In this document: one piece after another, positions 18,401 to 39,330 of the stretch
Position numbering within the stretch: the stretch's first letter is position 1
Layout of the letters: every line of letters begins with the position of its first letter
Made by a program: the position numbers and the translations under genes
Source of the DNA: Trichoplax adhaerens
Lineage: Eukaryota; Animalia; Placozoa
DNA: 64,000 nucleotides
Direction: 5' to 3'
Assembly: GCF_000150275.1 (NCBI RefSeq)
Contig: NW_002060963.1
Span: 81,669-145,668, forward strand
Notes under the pieces: model-generated
Databases searched by the model: none
Told to the model about the DNA's origin: nothing
What the model saw: the letters and a program-made list of their open reading frames with translations, nothing else

Positions 18401-19786
18401 TAACAAATCGTTGTCATTGCATTTAAAATAATTTACAGCAAGCTTGTAAAACCGCATAAATGAGTTGCACAACTTGTAATACCTTTGGAATATGCTACTT
18501 TACAAAATTACTGTATCTCTGGGACTATTACTATTTTGTACCATCATCTTCCACATATTACATACTTTGATTGTAAAAAAAGTAATTTTATTAATTTGCC
18601 AGAAGGCAAGCTGCACTCCAATACGTAAATCTACAGTGTCGCCAACAACTACAGTATTCAATCACTACGAATTGTAGTGCCAACATTACACACTTTATAG
18701 TGATCAAGTTATTACTATGTAGTGGCCCTTTAATACTTTAATCCATTGTTCATTACACATTGAAGGCTGCGATAAACCTCAATAGCTTGCTAATAAGTGA
18801 TTTAGAAGAAGACGATACAAAAGTATATCAATACCTCAAGAGATCTTGGTACCCAGCCTTTCCGATGGCCGTAAGGTGGCGGTTCCTTGGTTGATTTCTT
18901 CTTTGAGACTAACTGTTTGATAATTAAGTAAATAAGTGGGTAATATCTTTAGCTTCAATCAACAAAATTGGTTTACATGTCTAGCACTGACAAAGGTTAT
19001 CATGGCAAACACTTTATATCCATTTTGGTGAGTGTAGGAAGTAATTAGCAAGATTGATACTGAAAATCTGACTAACTTTAGTTATGGTTAATACTGCACT
19101 ATAATTATGTCACAATCCAAGATTTTATGTCTACCATTATGCATTCATAATTCTAATTAGCTAAGAAAGGGTGACCCCAATAGTCCAAAATTTGATTCAT
19201 TACAACTGCTAAGGTAATATCCGTTGGGTAAGGTATAAAAATGAGTGCGTATAACCTGATAAAAATGCCACGAAGTCTTAGTATTAATAATATTTTAGCA
19301 GAAGGGGATTACAGTCATAACTTGATCAATCAGTTACACGCAAAAACTGGCCTATTCAGGTATACAAGTATAGTAGATGTATGGTGATCCATGTTGACGA
19401 AGGATTGGATAAACCAAATAGTAAATGCAAACCGGTCATACTTTTGATACATCCTTACTGTCTCTATCACTGAAGTAACTGCAAATAATCATGATTATCT
19501 TACCTCTGAATGCGGAAATGGCTGATCAGACTCATCTTCTGCTATTGATCGAGATTGGGTAGGTGCCGGTAATAGCCTAAAAAGGAAACGTATTTAAATT
19601 ATACATACTGCTATATATCACTGATTTCCATCTATTTTCACGCTACGGTACATTGATCAAAGAATATGGCAGTAAGTTCTGTCTCCTTGTGATGTAAATT
19701 ACGATAGAATTGAAAATACTGTAAGATCGTTGGAATTTTTATTCTTTTCAATTACTTCTATCGAAGGCTAACCTAGCTAACGACAT
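15439..19786 (-). CDS. SNW1: SNW domain-containing protein 1 (SKIP/Prp45 splicing factor)
   Basis: Exons approx 19786-19773, 19576-19504, 18912-18835, 17991-17948, 17637-17610, 17435-17253, 17138-17032, 16892-16652, 16539-16284, 16208-15991, 15893-15742, 15619-15439. Motifs: [77 protein letters not shown]. Confidence 0.97.
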
Positions 19787-20210
19787 ATTGATTAATGGAC
19801 GTCGCCAGTAGTCTTTTCTATAATTGATAGTGTTGTTTTCAACAAGAAATGGCGTAAAAGCTGCAAATCCACTTGGCGTCGCAGTTCTCCGTCCAGTAGT
19901 GACGGTTTCTCGTTCAGTATGGTCTAAGGAGATGAGTTAAACTCTTGTATAATTTACTATAACGTACGACCTAGTGTATACGTCTATATTTGTTCAGTGT
20001 TCAGTAGACGAATGGGCAGTGTATTTATAGCATATACTGTATACTGTACACTGTACTGTATTGTAGTGTACTGTATATGCTGGGCAATTGACGATCAACA
20101 TGGTTGTGTTCTATCGCATATGCTTTACTATAAAGTATAGACTGGTGTATGCGTATGCTGTGCGAGTATGCTGCGCATGTGCAGTGATGGACAGCACGGT
20201 AAAACGTACT

Positions 20211-21209
20211 GTATAACATACTGTATAGTGAAGGTCTATAAAAATGCCATCTCTCCGAAATCTATGGAGTCTGACTGACTGCGCATGTGCAAAGATGTAC
20301 AGTGAAGGACTGAAGGTCTATAAAAATGCCATATCTCTCTTCGAAATCTGATGAGTCTGACTGAGTTTCAGTGATGGCGTATAGTAGAATAACTAAAAAA
20401 ACAGTCAGCCTCATCATTATTTTGCATCAAATTCCCGTTTCTAGTCCCTCTCTCAACTTTTCAGCGTATAACATACTGTATAGTGAAGGTCTATAAAAAT
20501 GCCATCTCTCCGAAATCTGTGGAGTCTGACTGACTGCGCATGTGCAGTGATGTACGGTGAAGGTCTATAAAAATGCCATATCTCTCTTCGAAATCGGATG
20601 AGTCTGACTGAGTTTCAGTGATGGCGTATAGTAGAATAACTAAAAAAACAGTCAGCCTCATCATTATTTTGCATCAAATTCCCGTTTCTAGTCCCTCTCT
20701 CAACTTTTCAGCGTATAACATACTGTATAGTGAAGGTCTATAAAAATGCCATCTCTCCGAAATCTGTGGAGTCTGACTGACTGCGCATGTGCAAAGATGT
20801 ACAGTGAAGGACTGAAGGTCTATAAAAATGCCATATCTCTCTTCGAAATCGGATGAGTCTGACTGAGTTTCAGTGATGGCGTATAGTAGAATAACTAAAA
20901 AAACAGTCAGCCTCATCATTATTTTGCATCAAATTCCCGTTTCTAGTCCCTCTCTCAACTTTTCAGCGTATAACATACTGTATAGTGAAGGTCTATAAAA
21001 ATGCCATCTCTCCGAAATCTGATGAGTCTGACTGACTGCGCATGTGCAGTGATGTACGGTGAAGGTCTATAAAAATGCCATATCTCTCTTCGAAATCGGA
21101 TGAGTCTGACTGAGTTTCAGTGATGGCGTATAGTAGAATGACTAGAAAAACAGTCAGCCTCATCATTATTTTGCACCAAATTCCCGTTTCTAGTCCCTCT
21201 CTCAACTTT
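20211..21209. repeat. Four-copy tandem array (255/247/255/~242 bp, A-B-A-B higher-order structure) upstream of SNW1
   Basis: Units start with GTATAACATACTGTATAGTGAAGG at 20211, 20466, 20713 and 20968. Each unit holds two related sub-repeats (TGAAGGTCTATAAAAATGCCAT...GAGTCTGACTGA). Confidence 0.96.
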
Positions 21210-23054
21210 CCTATTATTATAACTTACAAGAAAGCAAGAAACTCTCTCTTTCTCTCTGCTTTTAGTACTATAGTTCCTCGGTCGAACCACTTGTACTGTA
21301 CTATAAAATGTCGACCGTCCTATTTTTTGGCCAGTTCAGTAACGTTCATGCTATTAGCGAAGTATGGCTGGACGGAGGGACACCTCATTCGTATGCGTTG
21401 TTACTCTGCACTACCGATGCTCGATTTTGTAATGACTTATTTTTTCTAAATTAAGTAATAATATTACATTAAATTTTATTCCTTTTACTAAATCCTGCTC
21501 CACAGCATAATGTCATAAATGTTTTAAATTGGTAAGAATGGTTTAGAAAGAGATACAGAAGATCCATACTACGCAACTATTTCATCAATTTTTCAGACAT
21601 TTTTGGTCTTTCTCAGCTGGGGGGATAGTACAGGTACATTTTGTGCCAGGTATTATAGGCATATTTTCAAGTTTTCTTCAATTAAAGACTCTACGCGTCT
21701 ACCTGTTTTGCGGTACATGCCATTTGGGTGTTTGCTATTCTACTCCATGGAAGGAATGATATTAGACCTTATGCCGAATTATATTTTAGCAATAAGCGTG
21801 ATGTAGTAATTACCTGTTGAGCGCAGTTATCAGTACGAAATACTCGTGTTGTATAAGGATATACTCGTATACAATATACAGTACTGTAGAGTATAGAGTA
21901 TAGAACATGTACTATAGTGTCAATTAATTAAAAGAAGTATCAAATTACTTATAGCGAACATTTCTCAACATTCGTGTGCATTCTACTGATTTATACTGTT
22001 AAAATATAAAAAAAAGAATTGAAAATTAATTTGCACCTAATGTCTACATTATCATAACATATCTGGTTTGTTTGGCCCACGAATGTATTGTACTAGAAGT
22101 GAGCAATTTTTGCTTCAGTTTTATCGAGTTAGTAAAGATGGTGGTTTACATATACACGGTATAAGTATCAATGTGGATGAAATAGATATTAAATCCAACA
22201 ATATTTTATTGCATTGAAAAAATATTCGCCGTGGATAGATGCCACAATCTTACTTAATACAAAAATCGAATTTAAATTTAAATTTAAAATTGATTTCGAT
22301 CGAACGGAGTGAATTAATCTATGAATGGTAGTGTGGCATAGACATAGGCAATACTGTAATCATCATGACATTAAACTACTGTATTACTGCCACAGTTTCT
22401 TGTTCCTGTCAAATAAAACGACAAATAGATTCAGGCTAAGAAATTACAATTGCGTATTTACCGTACAATAGATCGTCCACGATTATCAATCACAGAAGAT
22501 ACAACTTTCTCATGATTCTACTGTAATTAAGTGTAAACATAAATTTCTTTTATTGATTTCAATATTTCGCGAGTATAAATGGTAAGAAATGCTTCATAGT
22601 GGTTGTATAGGTAATCTTGCTAGAAAATAATTTTATCATGATAGCTATCTGATGGCTATTTATCTAGAGATTGACTGTTTTGATTAAGTCATACTCTCCA
22701 TTTTTGTTAAGGTATGCGTAGATTCCTCTATAAACAGTAGCCATCGCATCATGGTCAGCGTTATTACGTAGAATGAGGCATAATCAAATAAAACAAATCG
22801 GATAAAGTTATAAAAGGAAAACTATGTTAGACAATCTAATCGATTGTTGTTATACGAAAGCAGACAGAATGAGTGATGGTCATTCGAACATAGAATTAAT
22901 AAAGTTCGGTCAAATTTTATATTACTGAGCACAATGATAACTGTAGTCATAACACAACAATTTTGACAATTGATATAAAATTCGGATTTGGCCAATTTAT
23001 TTTATAAAGAATCAAATATAAATAAGGGTTTATTATAAAAAATTACTGACATGG

Positions 23055-30509
<7,455 letters not shown>

Positions 30510-33500
30510 TTATAATCAGCTTACTCTTTTTTTTCAACTAATTCTCATACCTTGAAAGCAAGAAAGCGACATGAGTAAGCCTCTGAATCAAGCTAAAATG
30601 ATCAGTGATATTTCCATTGACTTATAATAGGAATATAAGTGTAAAAAATAAATAGGGGGAAATACATCATATCGATTGACGGTTGTACAAAGATAATATC
30701 ATCGGTTATCCTGCAATGGAAGGTTGGAAAATTATGGAAATAGTTGTTATGTTACCTTATAATTTAAGTTCCGTGAAATCATTTTGTTTTTCCTGTTTCA
30801 GCCAATTGTATGCTATAAATCGATTTCCAAACGATGTCAAGGTTGAGGTTAAAAATTCGATTTATCTTTTCTCTACTACAGATAAAGCTTACTAGTATAG
30901 TATTATTCGAAATTATGAAAACGTCGAGAGTATAAAATTAGATGACGGCATTAACTGCGTCATTACAATCCTCTTTAAAAAAACTACAAAATGAATTATG
31001 ATGACGGTTTCCTACGATATAGTCTGTATTGTAAGGAGTACATTTGGTTATTATTATTATTCTAATGAATTGTCTTTTATAGGCTGATTAACATTTTACT
31101 CATGCATTTATTTCAACTAAACTATAATTTTAAATTGTTACTTAAGGTTGGCATTATGCAATTGTATTGTGTCCTTTTGGATGAGAATAATACTTTGATG
31201 AATCATTAACCGATTGGACTGAAATGACCGTTAACCAATCACGTTACCAAATTCACTTGCTATTTATATACAATCATGCATCTATTCTGTATCCCCGACC
31301 TGTCAATAACAATGTTGTCTTGTTTTACATATGGTGGAATGGGTAGCTATTGTAGCTTTGATGTCTTGTGCTAACTAATTGCCCTAGCAGCAAGTTACAG
31401 TTGTATCATCAATTGTCTCTTTCATGTTCACTATAATAAGTAAGTCATTATTTAGCGGATTAGGGACAATCTATTGCTTGAAATACCATTAGCTAATAGT
31501 AGTGCTTAACCAAGCTATCAATCCTGTTATTCCCGTACTCTTTGTATAGTATTTAATCCACGCATGTGAAAAATTGTACAGGTGATGTTTTGTCGATAAT
31601 TCCTTGAATTCCTATCTGTCATATGCTGACTCACTGGTCTAATACTTGATCATGGAAATGTATTTGTAAACATGATAAACCAGCTTATCATTTATATCTA
31701 CAAGTATTTCTTTTCCTTATCTGTTATACACTATAATACAAGTAGTTATAATTTTCATCTATTCAGCGCCAAGTCGGTCAAATGAGAGTAATAATGCATC
31801 AGTTTAATAGAATAGATTAAATTGAATAAGTACAATATCATGAAGGCGTTATTATACTTTCTTATTCTTCTGATGCTGTGATTCGAGTCGTATGGAATTG
31901 GTCATGATATAGAAAATTTTCAATATCAATAGATAAGGCTATTTTTGTTAGAATAGCTGAATAAGTAATGATAGTTGGTTACCTCGTTAATATAAATAGG
32001 ATATAGATGTTCTTTCGATTATCAATATGGAGATATTTGGTAAAGAATTCGTGAGGGAATGATTTACTTATTTTATTATAACAGTAGGATGCGAAGTATT
32101 GATTGTGGGATAAGCATAAATATAATTAGAGTGTGGTTAAGATATTATGTACATAAATATTGCTAGAGATTGCAAAACTAGATTTTCTTCATCGATATTG
32201 ATCCTATTAAGTGTTAGTTATTTATATTTTGCATTCATATCAATAGCTTGTATGAATTTTACGAATTATATTAGTGGAGAAAATGGTACAATGTTTAAGT
32301 AGTAGCTAAGTCAGTTTCGCATTTCCTCTCTTTTCGATCAGTGTTTGAAACATTTCTTGACTATGCTAAGAAGGTTATTAGGGATTACTAGGATTGGGAT
32401 GGAATATGCAACGTAGTGTAGTTTAATAAAACGACATTTATGTAATAGCATATCTCGAGCTCTTAAATGCGAAAAGCGTAAATTTTTAGACATTGATGCA
32501 GAATTATGATGGACAATAAAAATCACATGGAGCTATGCAGCTCTTAGAGCACAAAGTGGTGAGTTTATTCGTACATATATGAGATAAAACCATATTTGAC
32601 TGACAGAATAAAACTAGTATACAGCAATTTATAGTGAACTCAAATGGGAAAAATAGCTAATACATATGAGGATATATGAATTGCTGTGATAGTTATTGAT
32701 AAAATGATGTCGTTATAGCTTTCAAATTATAGGTCCCAACTTATTGGTAGTATAGTCGTGTTCATTTTTCTGATTAGTAGTTACATTTGTACGGGTAAAT
32801 TATAAATGAAGCACAATATTATACAAATGTACCTTTCTATATGTATAGGTTGATGTGTATCGAGTATTGCAATAAGTTTTATGTTTATGTTGCACTGTTA
32901 TCTTGCTATTTTAATTCGCACATAAAATTCTTGTTCTCGCACAGAATCAGGATTTGTCATTGACACTTTCAGCTATCTTCTTTACTCATTACTAGCTTTC
33001 AATATTAACAATACAGGATACTATCTGAGCAGGGAATACACATACTGAAGGATTAATTATATCGTCGCACTGATTATATTTGAACCGATAATTGTACCAG
33101 TATGGTTACAAATTTTATTGGATATCGGAAATCGTTCGATGTTAACCAACTATTGACTCATTGATTCAAACTTAATCTGAAATAGTGTATACTAACGACA
33201 AACTGATACAAAAAGCAACTTAATAACTTGCGATACTTATAGTAAATCTTTCCTTAATAAAAGCAAACTGTTTTGCTCTTAGAAATATATTTCATACTTC
33301 TAAATTGATGCGACTCCGTATAACTTTGATACCATAACTCAAGATCGGTAATAATAGAGTATGAAGTATGATTTAAACCGTACATCGATTCAAGTACTGA
33401 ATTTTAAACATTTTGCATACCGCTGAACAATAAAATATCAGACAAAAATTACTAATCGTAATTCGCAAAACCAATCAGCAATCGTTTGCCAATTTTATTC

Positions 33501-33780
33501 ATGTTTTATCTGGTTAAGACGATTACGGATCATGTAATAACAATGAATATTTAACACTTACTTGTATAGATTAGTCAGAATTGTGTATATTCATCGAAGA
33601 AACAAACATACACTTTTATATACACTAAAACGTAAGTATTTAGCAAAACTTGTAGACTTTAATCGAAAATGGAAATGAAAGCCACGCCAGGATTAATGAA
33701 AACTGACTTCATTGACCAGATTGACTAGTTTTTCATATAATAAATAGATTTAACAGATTTATTTATACATTAAAAAATTC

Positions 33781-36176
33781 TTAATTTTCACTATAATTGC
33801 CAGCATCTGATTCTATATCTTCAGGTATTGAACTATTCAAATATTGATTATCGGAAATCTCTTCTTCATTATTACTACTAGTTTCAAAAGGTACCAAATC
33901 CTCATCTTTGTGACTTACAGACGGAATATTAGACAGCAAATTGTCGAATTGATCATCGTCGTCACTCTCTGTTGCTGGTATCGTTGATTCATCAGCCGAA
34001 TATTTTACTTTTCCATCCGTTTTAAGCTTGGTCATATTAGATACTGTATCTTCAGTTAAACCTAGATCCTGTAACTTTTTGGCAAATTTCTTTTCAGCCG
34101 CATTCTTAGCGCTCATCTGAGCTACCCGTTCGAACAAGAGTGGTCTATTTTCAACTCTATTTTTCATTTCTAATATACCCCGATCATATTCTTCCAAACG
34201 CAGACGGTCAGATTCTCTGTAGAGAAAAATTGAAAATGTAATCTTTTACATTTTAATACGATATTGATTAATTATAGATTCAAATTTCATTTAGTAAAAT
34301 AGCGTCAGATATTTATGCTTCATGATTCATACTTATAATTTTGAATTTTCTGTTGACTTTCAAATTCTAGGTCTTTACTGCGATCATTTCTGCGCACTTT
34401 CTTCGAAATGGCTGTTTTCAAATTTCTCTCGCGTTGCTTACGAAATAATTCTTCTTCCATTTCTTTCCTTTCCTTTAGTGCCCGCTCATCTAAACTTTGC
34501 CGGATTTTCTTTTCTTTTAGTTTGGCTGAAGTTGTCATACGAATAGGAACGAAATTATCTGTTGATTTAGATAAACTGTTTTGTCTAGTTTTGAATAATT
34601 TCGGATCCTGTGTTTCCTTAGGTATTGGTTTTTGTCGACGATCGATGAAGGATGTTCGCAATGTAAAAGGTTCTGTCACAGTTGAGTAAATGGAACGTTT
34701 CTTTTTACTGAGTTGCCTTTGAAATTGTCTTTGCAAATAATCAAAGTCTGGGACGTCATGATTAATTTGAGGATGAAATCGGTGCTGTTTGGTTACAAAT
34801 GGTTGTGCATTTCGATCTTTGTCGTATGTAGCTTTTACGTGTTGATTTCTTGCTTCCATACTTGCAGGTAATCTAGACTGATGTAATAATTCCTCCGCTC
34901 TCATGCGCATATAGATTTTTCGGTATTCTTCCTGCTCTCGTATTCTATCATCAATGGAAGCGTCGTATAGATACTTTGGAACGGGTTTCGCTTTAAATGA
35001 TTTGATATCATTAAATTCATCAAATGACACAGCATCGGTTAATGACATTGAACGTTGGCGTTCCTTCCTACTTTTTTCTTTAGTGATAAATGAAAAGGGT
35101 TTTTGCACTGATTGCAAATGCTCTTTGCTCTTCTCTCGCCTTTTCTTGCTTTTAAGGTCTTTTCTATTCTTCATAACTTGATATAATGGTAAGAAAGTTG
35201 TGGCAGGGATAGGCGTGGATTGAAATTGTTTTCTGCATTCAATTTCATCTGCAATTCGTTGTTGTATTCGTTTTTCCTCTAGTTCTATCTGAGCTGCTGT
35301 TTTTGTTTTTGGCTTACCCTCCTCACGGATGGTCATAGAGAACGGCCTTGGAATGGTAATCTTACGACGCTGTATATTATCAGAAGTTGCCTTGCTACTC
35401 TTATTTAATTGAGTTGGCGAATCGACTGAAGTTGTATAGTTCTTAATATTAAATTTATCCCACATATTTTTAATCTTGTCTACGCTGTCAGTTAAGTGAA
35501 TCTCATCATGATACTCTCCAATGGTATCTTGATAGCCGGAGGGCTCATATTTGTTCTTTGGCAAATATGCACTTTCGTCATCGTATGAATTATCGCCGTT
35601 ATCATTGCTATCAGATCTAATCTCATAGAAAGGATCATTATGGCTTGGATATAATTGCGATTTGCCTGTATTAATCTGTTTAGGATAACTTACTTGTATA
35701 TCTTCCATTGACGCTGGACTTTCGTCACTCGAGTATGCATCTCTATAACGGGCCCAATCATATTGTCCTGTAGTATTGACAGGTCGATATGAATGCATAT
35801 CTTCCCTTTCTACATCATGACTACTCTGACTAATCTCCTTTCCATAAAATTCATTTAATTTTCTATCATATAAATGCTCTAATTGCTGTAAAGTTTGACG
35901 TTGTTGCGCTTTCAATTTGGACAGTTTTATATAAAAATCTTCGTCATCTTGATGGATTGCCTCTCGTTGATCAGCTTGCTGATTCGACTTGGCGACTAAT
36001 CTAACTTTAGTCATTACGCGATTATCATTGTCTCGTTGATTTGATGTATCTTCATGGCTTTTAATTTCTACACTTTTGACGGTTCTTTCGTCGAAAGTTG
36101 CTGCTAATTTGGAATTTGGCCGTCTCGGCATAACGATGCAGCTGTTTTTGAAGGCGCTGGAATGGCGGACCGCCAT
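33781..36176 (-). CDS. FAM161: FAM161 family (UPF0564) centriolar/ciliary microtubule-binding protein
   Basis: Likely ATG at 36176 (MAVRHSSAFKNSC); exons 36176-34333 and 34216-33781. Motifs: ITIPRPFSMTIREE, KPFSF, FKAKPVPK, FHPQINHDVPDF, TEPFTLRT, RVENRPLLFE. Confidence 0.88.
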
Positions 36177-36500
36177 GGTAACGCATCCGAAGCGGTTGGA
36201 GAAATGATTGTACGCATGTACAGTACTGAGGTGTGTTGAACAGTCTACAGTGTACAGTACAGCACAGTTACAATACTGCGCACTGTAAACGGTACTGGAC
36301 TGTACTGTACTGTCTGTAGTTCTGAACCTCAAACTACAGTAGTTCAGAGCATGGACTTCGTTTCTCTCCCTCTCTCTCTCCGTCTGATTTCTAAGGATGT
36401 CGCAAACTGTTCACTTTGAATTACTATAATTAACAAATGCTGCAACTAGAGATTGTAACTGGGGTAGCAAAATTCGGACAGGTTGCAAACCCTGGCTGCA

Positions 36501-36825
36501 ACTGGATCGGCTAATGAACTAATTCAGCAAGTATCCCTGAGTAATTTGAGTGTGAATAATTTCTCTTTTAGACGATGGCTAACATATCTACTGTTGTTGG
36601 AGTATCTACATTATATTATCAATATAATTAATTGACTAGCGATTAACTGGATCGACTCATTAACTTAATCATCAAGTGTTCCTGGCTAATTTGAGAGTGA
36701 ACAATTTCTATCTTATAGTCGGCCGCTAACATATCTACTATCGTTACAGTATCTACACTATCAATATAATGAATTAATTAGCGAATAACTGGATCGGCTA
36801 ATTAACTTACTAATCACGTATCCCG
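36501..36825. repeat. ~2.2-copy diverged tandem repeat, ~143 bp unit, upstream of FAM161
   Basis: ACTGGATCG at 36501, 36646 and 36788. GCTAACATATCTACT and AGTATCTACA are also repeated. Confidence 0.85.
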
Positions 36826-39330
36826 GTCTATTTATCTTGCAACGTATATCCTTTCAGGCGTGAAGAACAATATTCATAATAAAATAGAAGATTGATGATT
36901 AATGGTAATATCTATTTGATAACTTTTTTGATTGTCAGCTTTTAGTTCGTATCTATAAATAGTTAAGCAGGCTTAAATACTTTTATTTGACTAATATATG
37001 ACTCTTGGGCAACATTTAATTATGCATAATTATTTGATCCTTAATAATGTATTTTACAGATATTACTATTTTAAATTGGTCATTAATTTATACGATTAAT
37101 TTTATATTTACTGTATATTACCTCAATTGATCGTAATAAAATTATAAATCAATTTTTAATATACTTGTTACGGTGCATGTGAAGCTTGGTAAATGCTTAT
37201 TACTTTCCAGATGTTAATTGCCTGAAGCTGTGAACAATTAATTAACTTTATATTGTTAGATAACAACTCGTGATTGTAATTTAATAGTTTCATTATTTAT
37301 GTCTGTGTTAATTGATCATGCCTAATTGTGCTCAATGCTACTTTATTATTGTTAATATAAATTTCTAAGATGGAGAATATTGTTGATACTCAAGGTTATG
37401 AGCTAATATTAATTAAATGTAGTGTAGTGCAATTTTATGAATCCTGAAATTTTCCCTGTTGATTGTATTTGAACGAATCCAGTAAGCAGCATGTGTACAG
37501 CAGTTGTAATTATGTTTGCTAACCTATTAAAATGAAACTGTTTTCAAAGTATATGCCTGAGTTTAAATTTAACTAGCTGTAATTTGTTGCTAACAGTATA
37601 TTTATATCTACTACATTATGAATTAGTCATGAGAGTCTGATAGTATCTTTATCTTCCTTAGCTTTACAGCTGCGTAAATTATAATTGCTGTATACTTCCA
37701 GTAAATTGCTAAGTCATCAAAGTGCTGTAAGTGTACATTCTTAAATTACCTAATATCCTTCAATTTTTTTCTTAGAGTGTAGTTTAATGTGATAGTAGAT
37801 GTTTATTATCGCTATCTGTACAATTGCTAGTTACCTTTAGTGAACATACGAGTATAGTTCAGTAACATGGGATGAAGCAATAGGAATGGCCAAGCACTTA
37901 TGTAATTTGTGCTTTAATGAACGTATTTTTAATCATTACATTTTATAATATGTTCTCCATAAAGATTACTTATGTATTTTTAATCTATATAGCATAGAAA
38001 TTGATGTTATTATTCCATATTTGCAAATATCTTGTTTCTATTATGCTATTATCACAGTCTACCATTTTACCTTGTATATCTTCTCAATATACTTTATTAT
38101 ACAGATTTAACCCATTCACTGAAAGAAGATGATAATAACAGCATAGTAGATTACTAAATTCCTTTTAAATATTCTATTGCTTAGTATTATAATTTGGTTA
38201 TTCTCATTTGTAATATAAGGTATCACATTGTTTATTATTAATAGATCGATTAGTATCATGCTATCCTTTATGATGCTTTTAATAATATTTTACTAGTTGA
38301 AACAAAAAGAAAATGATAATTGATATTAATATTGGTTTGCCATTTGTGATCATGACCTTTAGTTTTTATTTGTAAAACAGCCTAAGGATGGAAGATATTT
38401 CAGAAAATCGAAGGATGGGTGGGAGATATAATGTTTAATAAAGAAGGGTATGTTTTACTAATATCTAACTGATAACAGTTTATAATTATTTGAACAGTAG
38501 GTAATTTCGTGCATAACACAGTATAATTCAAATTTGTTTCTTTATGATCAAGTATAATGACTTTAAATCTGTCGTATTAGTCTATAATTTTACTGAAGTA
38601 GAAGTACATCCTAGCATAAAACATATTTGAACGTTGAAAGTTCATGCATATTGAATGTTATTTTATTGGTAACTAGCCGAGCCATTACCATTCTTGATAG
38701 GAGCAATTATTAATTACATATGATATAATTATTACTTAGTACTTGTTGCGATGAGCTTGAATAATTGATTTAGATAAGAATTATGGATGAATCATAATCG
38801 TGTAGTAGAAAATATCAACCATTTATTAGCTTTATGAATGTTAGGTTAAGATGCGCTAGATAATTACATGTTGAATTAAACGATTAGAATGAAATTTTCA
38901 ATATTGACAATAACTTGTTAAAATGTGGATTTCTCCCTTTATTACTGTAATAGGGATTTTTGAGTAGTAAAATTTGTTCTGGGACTGGGTTGTACCTTAA
39001 TGTAGAAGCTTAGCAGTATTCATAACCAGGAAAATTTTTTTTTAAGTCCAACTATAATACTTTCCTGTCTCAGAAGTAGTTAAAGATAAACAAGTTATGT
39101 AAAACTATTAATTAAAGTTATTATCAGCTATCAAATTGTCCACAACATAGATAAATGAAGTAACTATGTCAAAAGCTGGTTCATAGATAAAAATTTTTGA
39201 AGGTAAATTGTGTGAATTCACATTAACTCTTTTACTGTATACTGCACGATAAACTCATTTCTATAATACACTGGTCCATTTTAGACTAGTTGGTTTGGTT
39301 ATACACAGAGTTTGCTTGCGTAAATAAATA

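Noticed and set aside
20340-20375. Hammerhead ribozyme or C/D snoRNA in the SNW1 upstream repeat (CGAAATCTGATGAGTCTGAC)
   Set aside because: GAAA directly precedes CTGATGA, leaving no room for stems I/III, and no GAAA follows a stem II. Other copies mutate the core to CGGATGA.
20211-21209. CRISPR-like array (also considered for 47530-48550)
   Set aside because: The sequence between repeats is itself repeated, so there are no unique spacers. No cas genes, and the context is eukaryotic.
34322-35181. Plus-strand ORFs overlapping FAM161 (likewise 1862-2143, 16668-16880, 23228-23440, 56702-56896)
   Set aside because: Antisense shadows of real coding exons with no recognisable motifs.
36177-36332. 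N-terminal extension of the 670-aa FAM161 ORF
   Set aside because: Starts at a non-ATG codon and translates the GTAC-rich promoter patch. The first ATG is at 36176.
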